From assembly GCF_006345805.1 (NCBI RefSeq), contig NW_021835950.1, positions 1 through 37,203 on the forward strand: DNA of 37,203 nucleotides. The letters are read 5' to 3'. The notes under the pieces are model-generated. The model saw only the letters and a program-made list of their open reading frames with translations, ran no database searches and was not told the DNA's origin. The stretch is from Octopus sinensis (taxonomy: Eukaryota). Position numbers and translations under genes: made by a program. The first letter of the stretch is position 1; every line of letters starts with the position of its first letter. Of this stretch, positions 1 through 10,851 are shown piece after piece.

Positions 1-92
1 CTACCACCACCCACCACCACTACCACCCACCTCTCCACACCCACCACCACCACCACCACACCACCACCACCACCACCATCAACCACCACCAC
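1..92. repeat. Degenerate (CCA/ACC)n microsatellite
   Basis: Imperfect ccacca runs directly visible at the window start. Confidence 0.9.
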
Positions 93-426
93 GACACTAA
101 CTTCAAGACATAACTACATCACAACATCTGTACGACACCTCCTCCTCCGCGACATTACCTCCACTTTAAACTGACTGACAAAAAATAAAAGATCGAGGTA
201 CAGAACACTTAAAAATATTCCATGGATTTCGGTGTTTATGAGGAATTCAGTTGGCATCAACTTCCCTTGCCCACATTATTGTCCTATCATTGGCCTTCTT
301 TCAAGATTAAATCTCTGAATGTTTGTTCCCCAACTTCATATATATATATATATGTTTTTTTTTCTTTTTGTTGATTTTTATTAAAGTTTATCATTCATAT
401 CTTATCATCTAGCCACTGCCACTTTA

Positions 427-427
427 A

Positions 428-486
<59 letters not shown>

Positions 487-716
487 ATATATATATATAT
501 TATATATACATACAGTATATATATACACACACCACACCACACACATATATGTATATATATGCTCACACATAAATACATGCATATATATACATAATATACG
601 TACGTATATAGACACATACATACATCTATAGATACACACATACACACACACCTATACACGCACATGTGTATATAAGAGGATATATATACATATATATATA
701 CATACATATACACACT

Positions 717-760
<44 letters not shown>

Positions 761-779
761 CGTACACGTATATATACAT
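427..779. repeat. Compound (CATA)n/(TA)n/(CA)n microsatellite field
   Basis: Directly visible. Similar fields recur at ~2830-3455, 3915-4150, 7190-8525, 14990-15560, 19050-19720, 20690-21260, 22480-22652, 24120-25315, 30790-31170 and 34360-35740. Confidence 0.95.
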
Positions 780-1397
780 CAGTTGTTTTAAGTGTAAGTA
801 TACTGTTACTCAATTAGCTACGTAGCCCCATGTTGTTTCCAGAAGTAAGAAATGAGCGCGAAGCATTAGTAGTGACCATTTTGTGTTGATGGAACTCCAA
901 AATATCTCGTGCTATAATGTAAACTGCGGAAGAACAAGTTTACATCACTAAACACTGCTTAGTTCTGTCGAAAGAAAATATGATTAGCTGTAATTCTTCA
1001 GAGTAATTCTTCGTGTTTTCCTAATCTAACATTAAGCATTGAGTTTATAATAGTTTACTTAAACTTTAGTCGCATGTATTAAGTTTTCAGTTATATATTT
1101 GCATTAAGAAAATGTGAGCGGAATGTAAATGCCATGAAACTCCCTGCAGTTTTAACGTCACAGACAGTTATGCCGTGAAGACTAAAGGTGCTTCTCAGTA
1201 TGAGGCATTTGTTAAGTGCTCATCTAACTATGTTGGTCACTGGTTCGTATCTCGTTACTGCTGATATTAAATATCTATGGTTATAGTACTTAGTTTTGCG
1301 ATTATCTTTTCCGACTAACTGCAAATAGGTAATTACGTGTAACATAAGCTCATTCTTAGTCGTAGTGGCGGGATAGAGGTTCTTTTTCATTGAGAAA

Positions 1398-1398
<1 letters not shown>

Positions 1399-1460
<62 letters not shown>

Positions 1461-1528
1461 GAGTGAGAGAGCAGTTCATGCCATCAAAGTGACACTGGGG
1501 TAAAATATTCGAAGCCCTATTATTATTA

Positions 1529-1625
<97 letters not shown>

Positions 1626-1632
1626 TATTATT
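1399..1632. repeat. (TAT)n/(CAT)n microsatellite interrupted by a ~57-bp non-repetitive island (1461-1517)
   Basis: Two TAT tracts flank a non-repetitive insert; a CAT tract follows. Confidence 0.95.
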
Positions 1633-1633
1633 A

Positions 1634-1804
1634 GGGTGGCGATCTTGCAGGATCATTAGCACGTCGGGCAAAATGCTTGGCGGCATTTCGTCTGTCTTAA
1701 TGTTCTGACTTCAAATTCCGCTGAGGTCGACCTTGCCTCGATAGAATAAGCCCCAGTTGAGTACTGGTGTCGATGAAATCGATTAGCCCCCTCCCACCAA
1801 ATTT
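1634..1804 (+). mobile_element. tRNA-derived SINE, family A (Meta-domain-like), internally deleted
   Basis: Aligns by eye to the intact copy at 36654-36890 (ttagcacg.cgggc.aaatgc, ttcaaattccgc.gaggtcgac, tcgata.aataag..ccagtt); lacks the tttcatcctttcgggg segment. Confidence 0.85.
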
Positions 1805-2810
1805 ATAAGTTCTGTCCGAATTTTGAATAAAGAAAAACAAGTGATCAAATGTTATATTTAATTGAAATTTAATCATCAATGTACTTTCCCTGATTATCTA
1901 TGATATCTTCCTTCCATCTATTTACAAGCTTTTTAATCCCATCAATGTAAAACTCTTTTGGTTTCAAAGAGAAGGACTCTGAAATGTCAGTTTCGACCTC
2001 CTCCTGGCTTGCGAAAGTTACGTCCCCCACATGATTCTGTAAACTACGAAACAAAATGGTAGTCTGAAGGAGCAAGGTCGGGAGAATAAGGTGGATGAGG
2101 AATTTTTTCTCAACCAAGCTCTTCGATCTTCTTTGCAGTGTGAGGTCACGCATTGTCCTGGTGAAACATCACTCATTTTCGATTCACTATAGCGGGTCTT
2201 TTTTTCTTCAAATCCTCGTTCAAATGCTCTAATTGCTGACAGTAGACTTGAGCATTGATTGTTGCATTAGGACTTCAAAGTGAATTACTCCTTTGCAATC
2301 CCCCCAGATAGAGAGAAGAACCTTTTTTCTATGAAGTTTCCTTCTCGGTTGTGGTTGAGTTTTTTCCCTTTTACCAAGACACTATTTACGACGTTTAAAA
2401 TTTCGATAGAAGATCCATTTTTCGTCACCAGTCACGAGTCTATCGAAAAAGGGTGAAATGAGTTCACCAAAATGGAGAGAAGAGCAGATGTCAACTCGGG
2501 ATTTGCGGCTGCTTTCGGACAATTCACGAGGGAGCCATTTCCAAGTTTAGGAAACTTTCCAAGTTGTCGAAGATAACGATGAACAGTTGTATGGTTTGAA
2601 CTAAGCTTTATTGCCAATTCTTCGACTGATAATTGAAAACCCGAGCATGTGACAAATGGAAAGAGAAAGAGCTACGCAAGTACAAAGCCGTTGCACATTT
2701 TCATCTGCGAACAGAGAAACAGTATGAAATAAAGAGACTCCCTCCGGACCACAAAGCGCCACAAAAGCACGACAATGAGTCAAGTACCCAAACCACTAGG
2801 AATTGTACCT
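1805..2810 (-). pseudogene. Decayed mariner (Tc1/mariner, Mos1-like) transposase
   Basis: Minus strand reads DRLVTGDEKWIF (~2410-2445) and FHQDNA*PHTAKKIEELG*EKIPHPPYSPDLAPSDYH (~2055-2167), then frameshifts into LFRSLQNH...FYIDGIKKLVNRWKEDIIDNQGKYIDD* (to 1869). YSPDLAPSD is the mariner hallmark. Two in-frame TGA stops. Second-to-third Asp spacing is 30 rather than 34, implying a 4-codon deletion. Outer boundaries approximate. Confidence 0.92.
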
Positions 2811-2913
2811 TCGGATGCGAGGTGCCATACATACATATATACATACATAACTATATACGTACGTGAACAAAATGCATAAAAGCACACATACACACACATA
2901 TACACCTCTGCAG

Positions 2914-2946
<33 letters not shown>

Positions 2947-3209
2947 AATGTGTGTAGGGGAGCGGGTAGTTTGTATGTACAGTATGCAAACATGGCTAGA
3001 CACCCGTCCCTTGAAAAAAGAAAACTATTTTTTTTCTGTGAAAGAAGATACAGAAAAGTGAAGCTGTTTGGCGGTGAGCTCTTGTGGAGTCGGTTACTGG
3101 AGATGTTTTAAGGTTAGCAATAACTTATGAAAATAACAAAGACGAGGCGTGCAGGGACATAATATGTGTTTGTGCACACACACACACACACCACACACAC
3201 ACACACACA

Positions 3210-3240
<31 letters not shown>

Positions 3241-3385
3241 GATATATATTATATATATATATACATACATGTACATATGTGTGTGTGCGCGTGTATGGAT
3301 ATATATACATGTGTATGTATGTGTGTATGGAGATATATACGTATATATATATATATATATATATATATGAATGTATATATATATG

Positions 3386-3429
<44 letters not shown>

Positions 3430-4602
3430 GTGTCATATATATATATAACATACATATTGGGCTTTGTTTTGATTTAAAGTTTAAGAAGCTCCCTTCCGCG
3501 AGGGCCCGGGCTCGATCCTTCTATGTGGTGCATTTAGGTTACATATATTTTTTGTCAGCCTCCAGTCAATCTACATATCTTGAATGAAACTGGCAGGTGA
3601 AAAGTTGCACAGAAGCTTGTCGTGTGGACTGTTGTATTCCCTTATATTCAGGTATTATGTATTTTCATAATAGCTAGATACAAGAGCTTGTAAGCCAAGC
3701 AATGTGCTCGTGGAGCACATGTGCACGTCTTTTAGCTTAAATTTGAAAAACATAGCAATTGAAAATTTTGGTGAATTCAGTTTGCAGAGTATTTAAAACA
3801 GGAAACTGGGAAAATTTGGCATATTTTAAAAATTATTTTGAGAAAATATTTTCAAAAATAATTTTTTCAAATATTTCAAATTTTTTCATGTCTTTCTGTT
3901 TTGATACATAATACCTGCATACATACATACATATATACATACATACATACATACATACATACATACATACATACATACATACAAACATACATACATACAT
4001 ACATACATACATACATACATACATACAACATACATACACACATGCACACATACATACAAGCACATATGCAGACAGACACGCATATATACAATCATACATA
4101 GGTACATGCATACACACACAGACATATACATACATACGGACTACATACACTCATAAGTAATTTATGATTGAGCTTTCATGTGAAATAAGGACCATTTTTC
4201 ACTAAAAAGAGTAAAGCTTGTGCAGTATTTCAGGTCTAATATAACTTGCACTACACTTCAGTCTCTCTCCACCCGAATGGTATCATCAAGAAGTGAATTA
4301 ATGCAAAGTGCTATGCACTCGAGATCGTAAGAACTTCATGATCTTCCGTTGGTTTCAAAAATGGCCAAGAATCTTTACGCCGAAACATGTGGTACATCAT
4401 ATGTTAACGACTAACAGTATGTACACACACACACACACATGCACATCCACACAAGCACACACACACACACACACACGAGGGACAGGTGTACATATATGCA
4501 TAAATCTATATGAGTTTACCTATATCTAACAGTTTATCTTTCTATCAATCTACCAACCTACCCATCGCTCTCTCTCCTCCTTTCTCCCTCTCTCTCCCTC
4601 CC

Positions 4603-4633
<31 letters not shown>

Positions 4634-4712
4634 ATATATATATATATTGTGAAATTTGATTTAATACTAAATTGAATTTTTCCTTCTAAGTTTGGAGTTT
4701 CTCCTTTATTAT

Positions 4713-4740
4713 TTATATTATTATTATTATTATTATCATG

Positions 4741-4781
<41 letters not shown>

Positions 4782-4970
4782 TATTATTATATGATTATTA
4801 TTATTATTATTATTATTATTAATATCTTATATTATTAATATTCTTATTATTGTTATTGTTGTTGCTGTTGTTGTTGTTGTTCTTCTTCTTCTTCTCCTTC
4901 TTCTTCTCTTCTTCTTCTTCTTCTTCTCATTATTATTATTATTATATATGTGTGGGAAGAGAGATAGATC

Positions 4971-5050
<80 letters not shown>

Positions 5051-5078
5051 CATACATACATACACACATACATACATA
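4713..5078. repeat. Compound (TAT)n-(TTG)n-(TTC)n-(GATA)n microsatellite
   Basis: Directly visible. Confidence 0.95.
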
Positions 5079-5405
5079 AGAGCATATTCATTAAGTAACC
5101 ATGTTTGTCTTGCTATTTTGTGTCTCTACGTCTGGTTGCGAATATATATATGTAGAAATGTGTGTGTCTAATTGTTTGTCTGCACATTTAGACTGTCATA
5201 CAACATCTATTCCTAGCAATCATATCAAAGTTAATTGTATATATTTGTTTTTGCATGGTGTATATTTGCATATATGTAGCTGCAGGAGGTATAATTATGT
5301 GTAGGCCTAGATACACAACATATTTATCCATCGTAATACACAATATTTATCCATGATATACATGATAAACGTGAAAACTAATATATCTATCTACCTATCT
5401 ATCTA

Positions 5406-5477
<72 letters not shown>

Positions 5478-5482
5478 AGCTA

Positions 5483-5526
<44 letters not shown>

Positions 5527-5542
5527 TGTATATATATGAATA

Positions 5543-5710
5543 GGCGCAGGCGTGGCCGTGTGGTAAGCAGCTTCCTTCCCAACTACATGATTCCAGGTTC
5601 AGTCCCACTGCGTGACACCTTAGGCCGTTGTCTTCTTCTATAGCCCCGGGCCGACCAAAGCTTTGTCGGTGAATTTGATAGACGGAAAATGAAAGAAGCC
5701 CGTCGTATGT
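5543..5710 (+). mobile_element. tRNA-derived CORE-type SINE, family B (octopus OR-like), 5' half
   Basis: Pol III A-box-like tggccgtgtgg and B-box-like ggttcagtccc, followed by tgcgtgacaccttaggccgttgtctt resembling the CORE motif (gtgaccttgggcaagt); similar to 16941-17047. Confidence 0.85.
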
Positions 5711-5713
5711 ATG

Positions 5714-5779
<66 letters not shown>

Positions 5780-5794
5780 GGTGTGTGTGTGTGA

Positions 5795-5995
5795 TTTTGA
5801 CTGCGACCATGCTGAATCACCACCCTTAGTCGACGAAGTCGGCCCCAGGACTAATTCTTTGTAAGCTTAGTACTTATTCTATCGGTTTCTTAGCCCGAAC
5901 CGCTAAATTACGGGGACATAAACATACCAGCATCCGTTTTAGAGCGATGCCAGGGGGAACAAGCACAGACAAACATCCATGAATACATACATACA
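5795..5995 (-). mobile_element. Family B SINE, 3' half, reverse orientation
   Basis: Reverse complement matches 17050-17165 (gtaa.ttagcggttcg, gatagaataagtacta.gcttacaaa, tcctgggg, agcatgg.c). Confidence 0.85.
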
Positions 5996-6026
5996 CACAT
6001 ACATACATATATATATATATATTTAT

Positions 6027-6059
<33 letters not shown>

Positions 6060-6325
6060 TATGTGCATCTCTTATTTTTCTTTCTTTCCCTAGCTGTTCG
6101 CCAGACTCTTTTCGGCTACACTTTTCCTATCAATCAATCAATCAACCGGTCAATGTATCTCTATATTGGCACCTGTGTGTGTAGGTGTGCTTTTCAGTCT
6201 ACCTACATGCATACCTATCTACCTGAACTATGTAGAGATATATGTAGAGATCTATATTTCTCTTTAAGTAAAAATGTTTAGGCATATCAGTGCGTTCAAC
6301 AGCAACAAGAACGACGATGATGACA

Positions 6326-6366
<41 letters not shown>

Positions 6367-6417
6367 GACGACGACGACGACGACGACGACGAATAACGAT
6401 AATAATAATAATAATAA

Positions 6418-6620
6418 TTTTGTCAAAGGGGCAGCAATTTTTGGGGAAGGGGATGTGTCGATTACATCGAACCAGTGTACAACTGGTACTTATTTTATCG
6501 AGCCCAAAAAGAGGTAAAGCAAAGTTGTCCTCGGCGGAATTTGAACTCAGAACGTGAAGATGGACGAAACACTGTTAAGCATTTCGCCTGGTGTGCTAAA
6601 GATTCTGCCAGCTCCCCGCC
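6418..6620 (-). mobile_element. Family A SINE, near full length
   Basis: ctggtacttattttatcga, ggcggaatttgaactcagaacgt and ttctgccagctc.ccgcc are the reverse complement of the 36654 copy. Confidence 0.9.
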
Positions 6621-6766
6621 TTGTAACAATATAAATAATAATAATAATAATGATAATAATAATAATAATATATAATAATAATAATGATAATAATAATACT
6701 AATATAATAATAATATAATAATAATAATATAATAATAATATAATAATATATTTTAAATAATAATAA

Positions 6767-6890
6767 TTTTGGCACAGGGCCAGCAATTTTGAGGAAGGGA
6801 GCTAGTCGTTAACAACGACCACACTGCTCAGCTGGTACACATTTTTATTGACCACGATAGAATGAATGGCTAAGTCGAAATCGGTGGAGT
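6767..6890 (-). mobile_element. Family A SINE, 3' fragment
   Basis: tttggcaca.ggccagcaatttt, ctggtac, gaatgaatggctaagtcga; parallels 6418-6540. Confidence 0.75.
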
Positions 6891-7436
6891 GTTTTTCTTC
6901 TTACATCATCGCTTTCACTCTTTATTTAGGCCTCAATGTGACTTCAGTGAGAGTGATGAAAGGTTTGAGCAAGATGGAGTAAGAGAGGGACACGAAAACC
7001 TTAGTCGAAATGGAGGAGTGAGTTTGTGAGAGAGGGTGCGTGAGAGAGATATAGAAAGACAGAGAGAGAAAGAGAGAGTGGGAAAGAGTGAGAAAGAAAG
7101 AGAGTGTGTGAAAATGAAATGCAGTAAGAGAGGTGCAAATACAAAATTTGTAGAAAAGATGGTGAGTGTGAGAGCGAGTGAGTGTAATATATATATATAA
7201 TATATTTATAATTATTATATATATATATATAGTATATATAAGCATCTGTGACTGTGTCCTCCTCTATGAGCTGTATGTACATCGGTGTGCATGCGCGTTT
7301 GTGGCGGTGATGTGTATGAATGTGTATGTATGCATATATGTATGTGTATATATACATATGCATGTATGTATGCATGCAAATGTCTATAGTTGTAAGTACA
7401 TGAGTATGTTAGACTATATATATATATATATGTATG

Positions 7437-7835
7437 TATTTGCAGATATATATGTGTATGAGTATGTATATATACATTTATATATATGTGTGTGTGTGAA
7501 TATGTATACATATATATTTATTTCTATGTATGTATATATTTATATTACAACCCAACAAATATGTATATAAAACCATATATAAATATGTGCAAATATGTGT
7601 ATAGATGTATATGTATGAACATATACATCTATATATACAGACACACACACACATACATATATACACGCCTTGCTTATAAATGTATTTATATATATATGTC
7701 GATACATATACCCCAATACACATATTTGCATGTACAAATACACATACACAAATATACATATTTATTCTCATATATGGTTTTAAATATATCTGTTGCGTTG
7801 TAATATATATATACATACATAGAAATAAATACATA

Positions 7836-7877
<42 letters not shown>

Positions 7878-7988
7878 ACACATTCACACACACATATATG
7901 CATAAATGGATGTATGCACACTCATACACATATATCTGCAAATATATATATATATATACATACGCCTTGCTTATAAATGTATTTATAT
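7437..7988. repeat. Inverted duplication (arms ~7437-7625 and ~7692-7944) with a 27-bp direct repeat (7665-7691, 7962-7988)
   Basis: tatttatttctatgtatg...attacaacccaacaaatat...aaaaccatatat versus atatatggtttt...tctgttgcgttgtaat...catacatagaaataaata; direct repeat acgccttgcttataaatgtatttatat. Confidence 0.85.
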
Positions 7989-8469
7989 GTCTATATACAT
8001 GTGTATGAATGCTTTCCTATCGTGTTTTGTGTGTGTCAGAGTATCTGCGTGAATTTGTGTGTCTCTGCGTATGTGAGTGTGTGTATGAATGTGTGTATGA
8101 GTGTGTGTGTGTTTTTGCATGTGGGAAGGTTAGTATATATAGCTTTCACCGTATTCAATGTCTCATTTGAATAATGAAATAGGTTTTATGGAAATCAAAA
8201 AGTGACTATAACGAGAATCTAATGAAGTTAAAACATATTCAGATAGATGTATGGCATGTCTGTGTGTCCAGGTAACACACCTGTTGTGTGTGACTCTGTG
8301 TGCGTATGTGTGTGTGTGTGTCGGAACATTTAGATACGTACGTTTGCATGCACGCACGAATACGCACACAAACACACACACATATATAAATGCTCATATA
8401 TATATATATTTATATACATATGCATACGTATATGTTCATACATCTCTCTCTTTCTTTTTATATATATTT

Positions 8470-8516
<47 letters not shown>

Positions 8517-9212
8517 TATATATACCGCGGTAGTAGTTGAATAATATTCTTAAGGCCGCAATTTGCTCACTTGTAGTATCTTCGGATTTTATCGCTAATT
8601 CAGTTCTTAGCCAAATTGAAAACTGTTGACATTTTTGACGAGGACTGGTCCCTAGCTATATTTTGGCATAGAAAATTGTGATTTGATTCAGTAGAAAAAA
8701 GTTTGCATCAAAATTTGTAGCATCGTTATAGAAGAGTAAGTAACACCACCAATCAAGTTTAAATCGAAATTTTTTTATTTTAAAATCGAAATATATTTAT
8801 CTTAGCTTCAATGATAGAAGATAGCTTGAAGAGTTTCATAAAATGGTTCCATGCAACAAAAACTTGTATCAAAAATTTGTGAGGTAAAATATCATGAAAA
8901 GATATAAGATAAAAAATTGGATTTAAGTATAATTGTTTTTTTATTTTAAAAACAAACTATATTTTAATTAAGGTTAAATGATAGAGATCAATTCGAGAAA
9001 TTTCATGCAAATTCGTTTTAACAGAAAATGTTAATAGTATTTGTTTCTCAAATTTATGGGTGATAGTATAGTTCCATACCTTTTTTAGGAATATAGTTCT
9101 ATAAGGGGACTTTTAATATATGACACCGGTATCATTGAGTTAAGTAAAAATATTATCACCGACACCGGTACGTGACACATTTCATACATTATTAATTAGC
9201 ATGATAGCATAG

Positions 9213-9998
9213 CCTGGAAAATACATGGATTACATCAGGACAAGTTATTACACTTGGAAAAGTTCAAGACAACTTATTACATCTAGTAAAGTACGGAAGA
9301 AAAATTTTATTTAAAATATTGCAGCTAAGGATAAAATTTGAATATTAAAAATTATTTGATTTTAATTTATAAAGTAACATTATAATTAATAAAGGTACCA
9401 TCATTTTGTTAAAATATTAACAAAATAGAATACTTAAAAACTGAGAGCCAGAAATACCAATATAGGTAAAAGTTTATGCAAAGTAGAATAGTATATATGA
9501 TAGGCAAATTCATTATTTAAAAAATAGGGTCAAGACTACAAATGTGAAGACTTGGCAATAACTTAGGCAATAACTCAAGCAAGTTTTACTGTGGATTTGT
9601 TGTTATAGGTAGATTTTACTGTAATATATGATTAGTTTTTGTATTATTCTATTATTGTACATACTAATTTTGTACTACTATTATTTTTTATAGCCTATTT
9701 TCAAATTTCTAATTAATTAAAATTTTTTTAAATGGATATTTTTAAAGTGCAAAAAATATTTTGAGTTATTTTTTAATTTTTAATAGAATTAACAAGTAGT
9801 AACAGAAAGAAGTAATAACTTGTAATAAAATTTTTAGTTTTAATAAAAGTTAACATTTTCTAAATCTAAATATTTAATTTGAAATTTAATCTTTAACTAC
9901 AATATTTTAAGTAAAAAATTTTCTTCTGTACTTTACCAGATATAACAAGCTGTCCTGAACGTTTCCACATGTAATATCTTGTCCTGTAATTTTCCAGG
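9213..9998. repeat. AT-rich long inverted repeat, foldback-like element
   Basis: 9213-~9370 (cctggaaaa, caggacaagttattaca, agtaaagtacggaagaaaa, taaaatattgcag) is the diverged reverse complement of ~9850-9998. Confidence 0.8.
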
Positions 9999-10436
9999 TT
10001 TATAATCTTAAGAATATTATTTCTCTTGCTCGTATTTTTCCATGTAATATATATACATATATGTATACATACATGCATACATGCATACATGCATACATAC
10101 ATATGCATACATGCATACATACATACAGTGTGAAATATATTGCGCCTTGAAACGCATGCGGTTAATCACTCCGTGATTTTCGTTTCGAATCTACAAGTGA
10201 GATATTTAAAATCATGCATTGAAATCTCTTGAATAACTGGAGTTCCGATCGGATAAGACTGAAGCAACTTAATGCTTCTCACTGCAGTTCTAGTATTCAA
10301 AGAGATTGCGATGTAGATTTGACAGGGAAAAGTAGATGATACAGGAAAAAGAATTGATGAGAATGTAAACGATGCGTATATTTGTGCTTATATACACACA
10401 CGCGCGCACATGCACATGTCACAAATACACACGCAC

Positions 10437-10468
<32 letters not shown>

Positions 10469-10489
10469 TCGCGTGTGTGTGTGTATGTT

Positions 10490-10851
10490 TTGTCATCTCC
10501 TATGGGGCATCTTCTTGAGAAGATGGTCGAACAACTCGACTCCATCACTTTTTTAAATCTTCTATTTATCCTGTGGGTTTTCTTTAGTCGAAATGCTAGT
10601 TTAAGGGGATGTAAACAAACCAAAGTCGGTTGTGAAGCGTTGTGTGACGGGAAACACAAACACAAACATACACACATAATATATATATGGCGAGATTCCA
10701 CACAGTTTCCGTCAAATAAATCCACTCAGAAAGACATTAGTTGGCTCGAAGGTATAGCAGATAGCACGTGTCCAACGTACATCGTAGTAGAATTGAACCC
10801 ACGAAATTGCAAACCACGCAATTGCAAACCGAGACCACACAGCGATGCCTG
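10490..10851 (-). mobile_element. Family B (CORE-type) SINE, old near full-length copy with internal microsatellite
   Basis: Contains ggggatgtaaacaaacca, cagtttccgtc.a..aaatccactca and ttgaaccc...accacacagc.atgcctg, i.e. the reverse complement of the head (5543) plus tail (5795-5995, 17050) modules. Confidence 0.7.

Noticed and set aside
1-92. Telomere-like C-rich repeat at the window start
   Set aside because: The unit is CCA/ACC, not CCCTAA.
405-779. Numerous YI/VC/HT/LSIY-rich ORFs here and throughout the window
   Set aside because: Translations of TA, TG, CATA and GATA microsatellites, open in several frames on both strands.
9200-10000. AT-rich block reminiscent of mitochondrial rRNA (NUMT)
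   Set aside because: No diagnostic conserved rRNA motifs found; the inverted-repeat structure explains it better.
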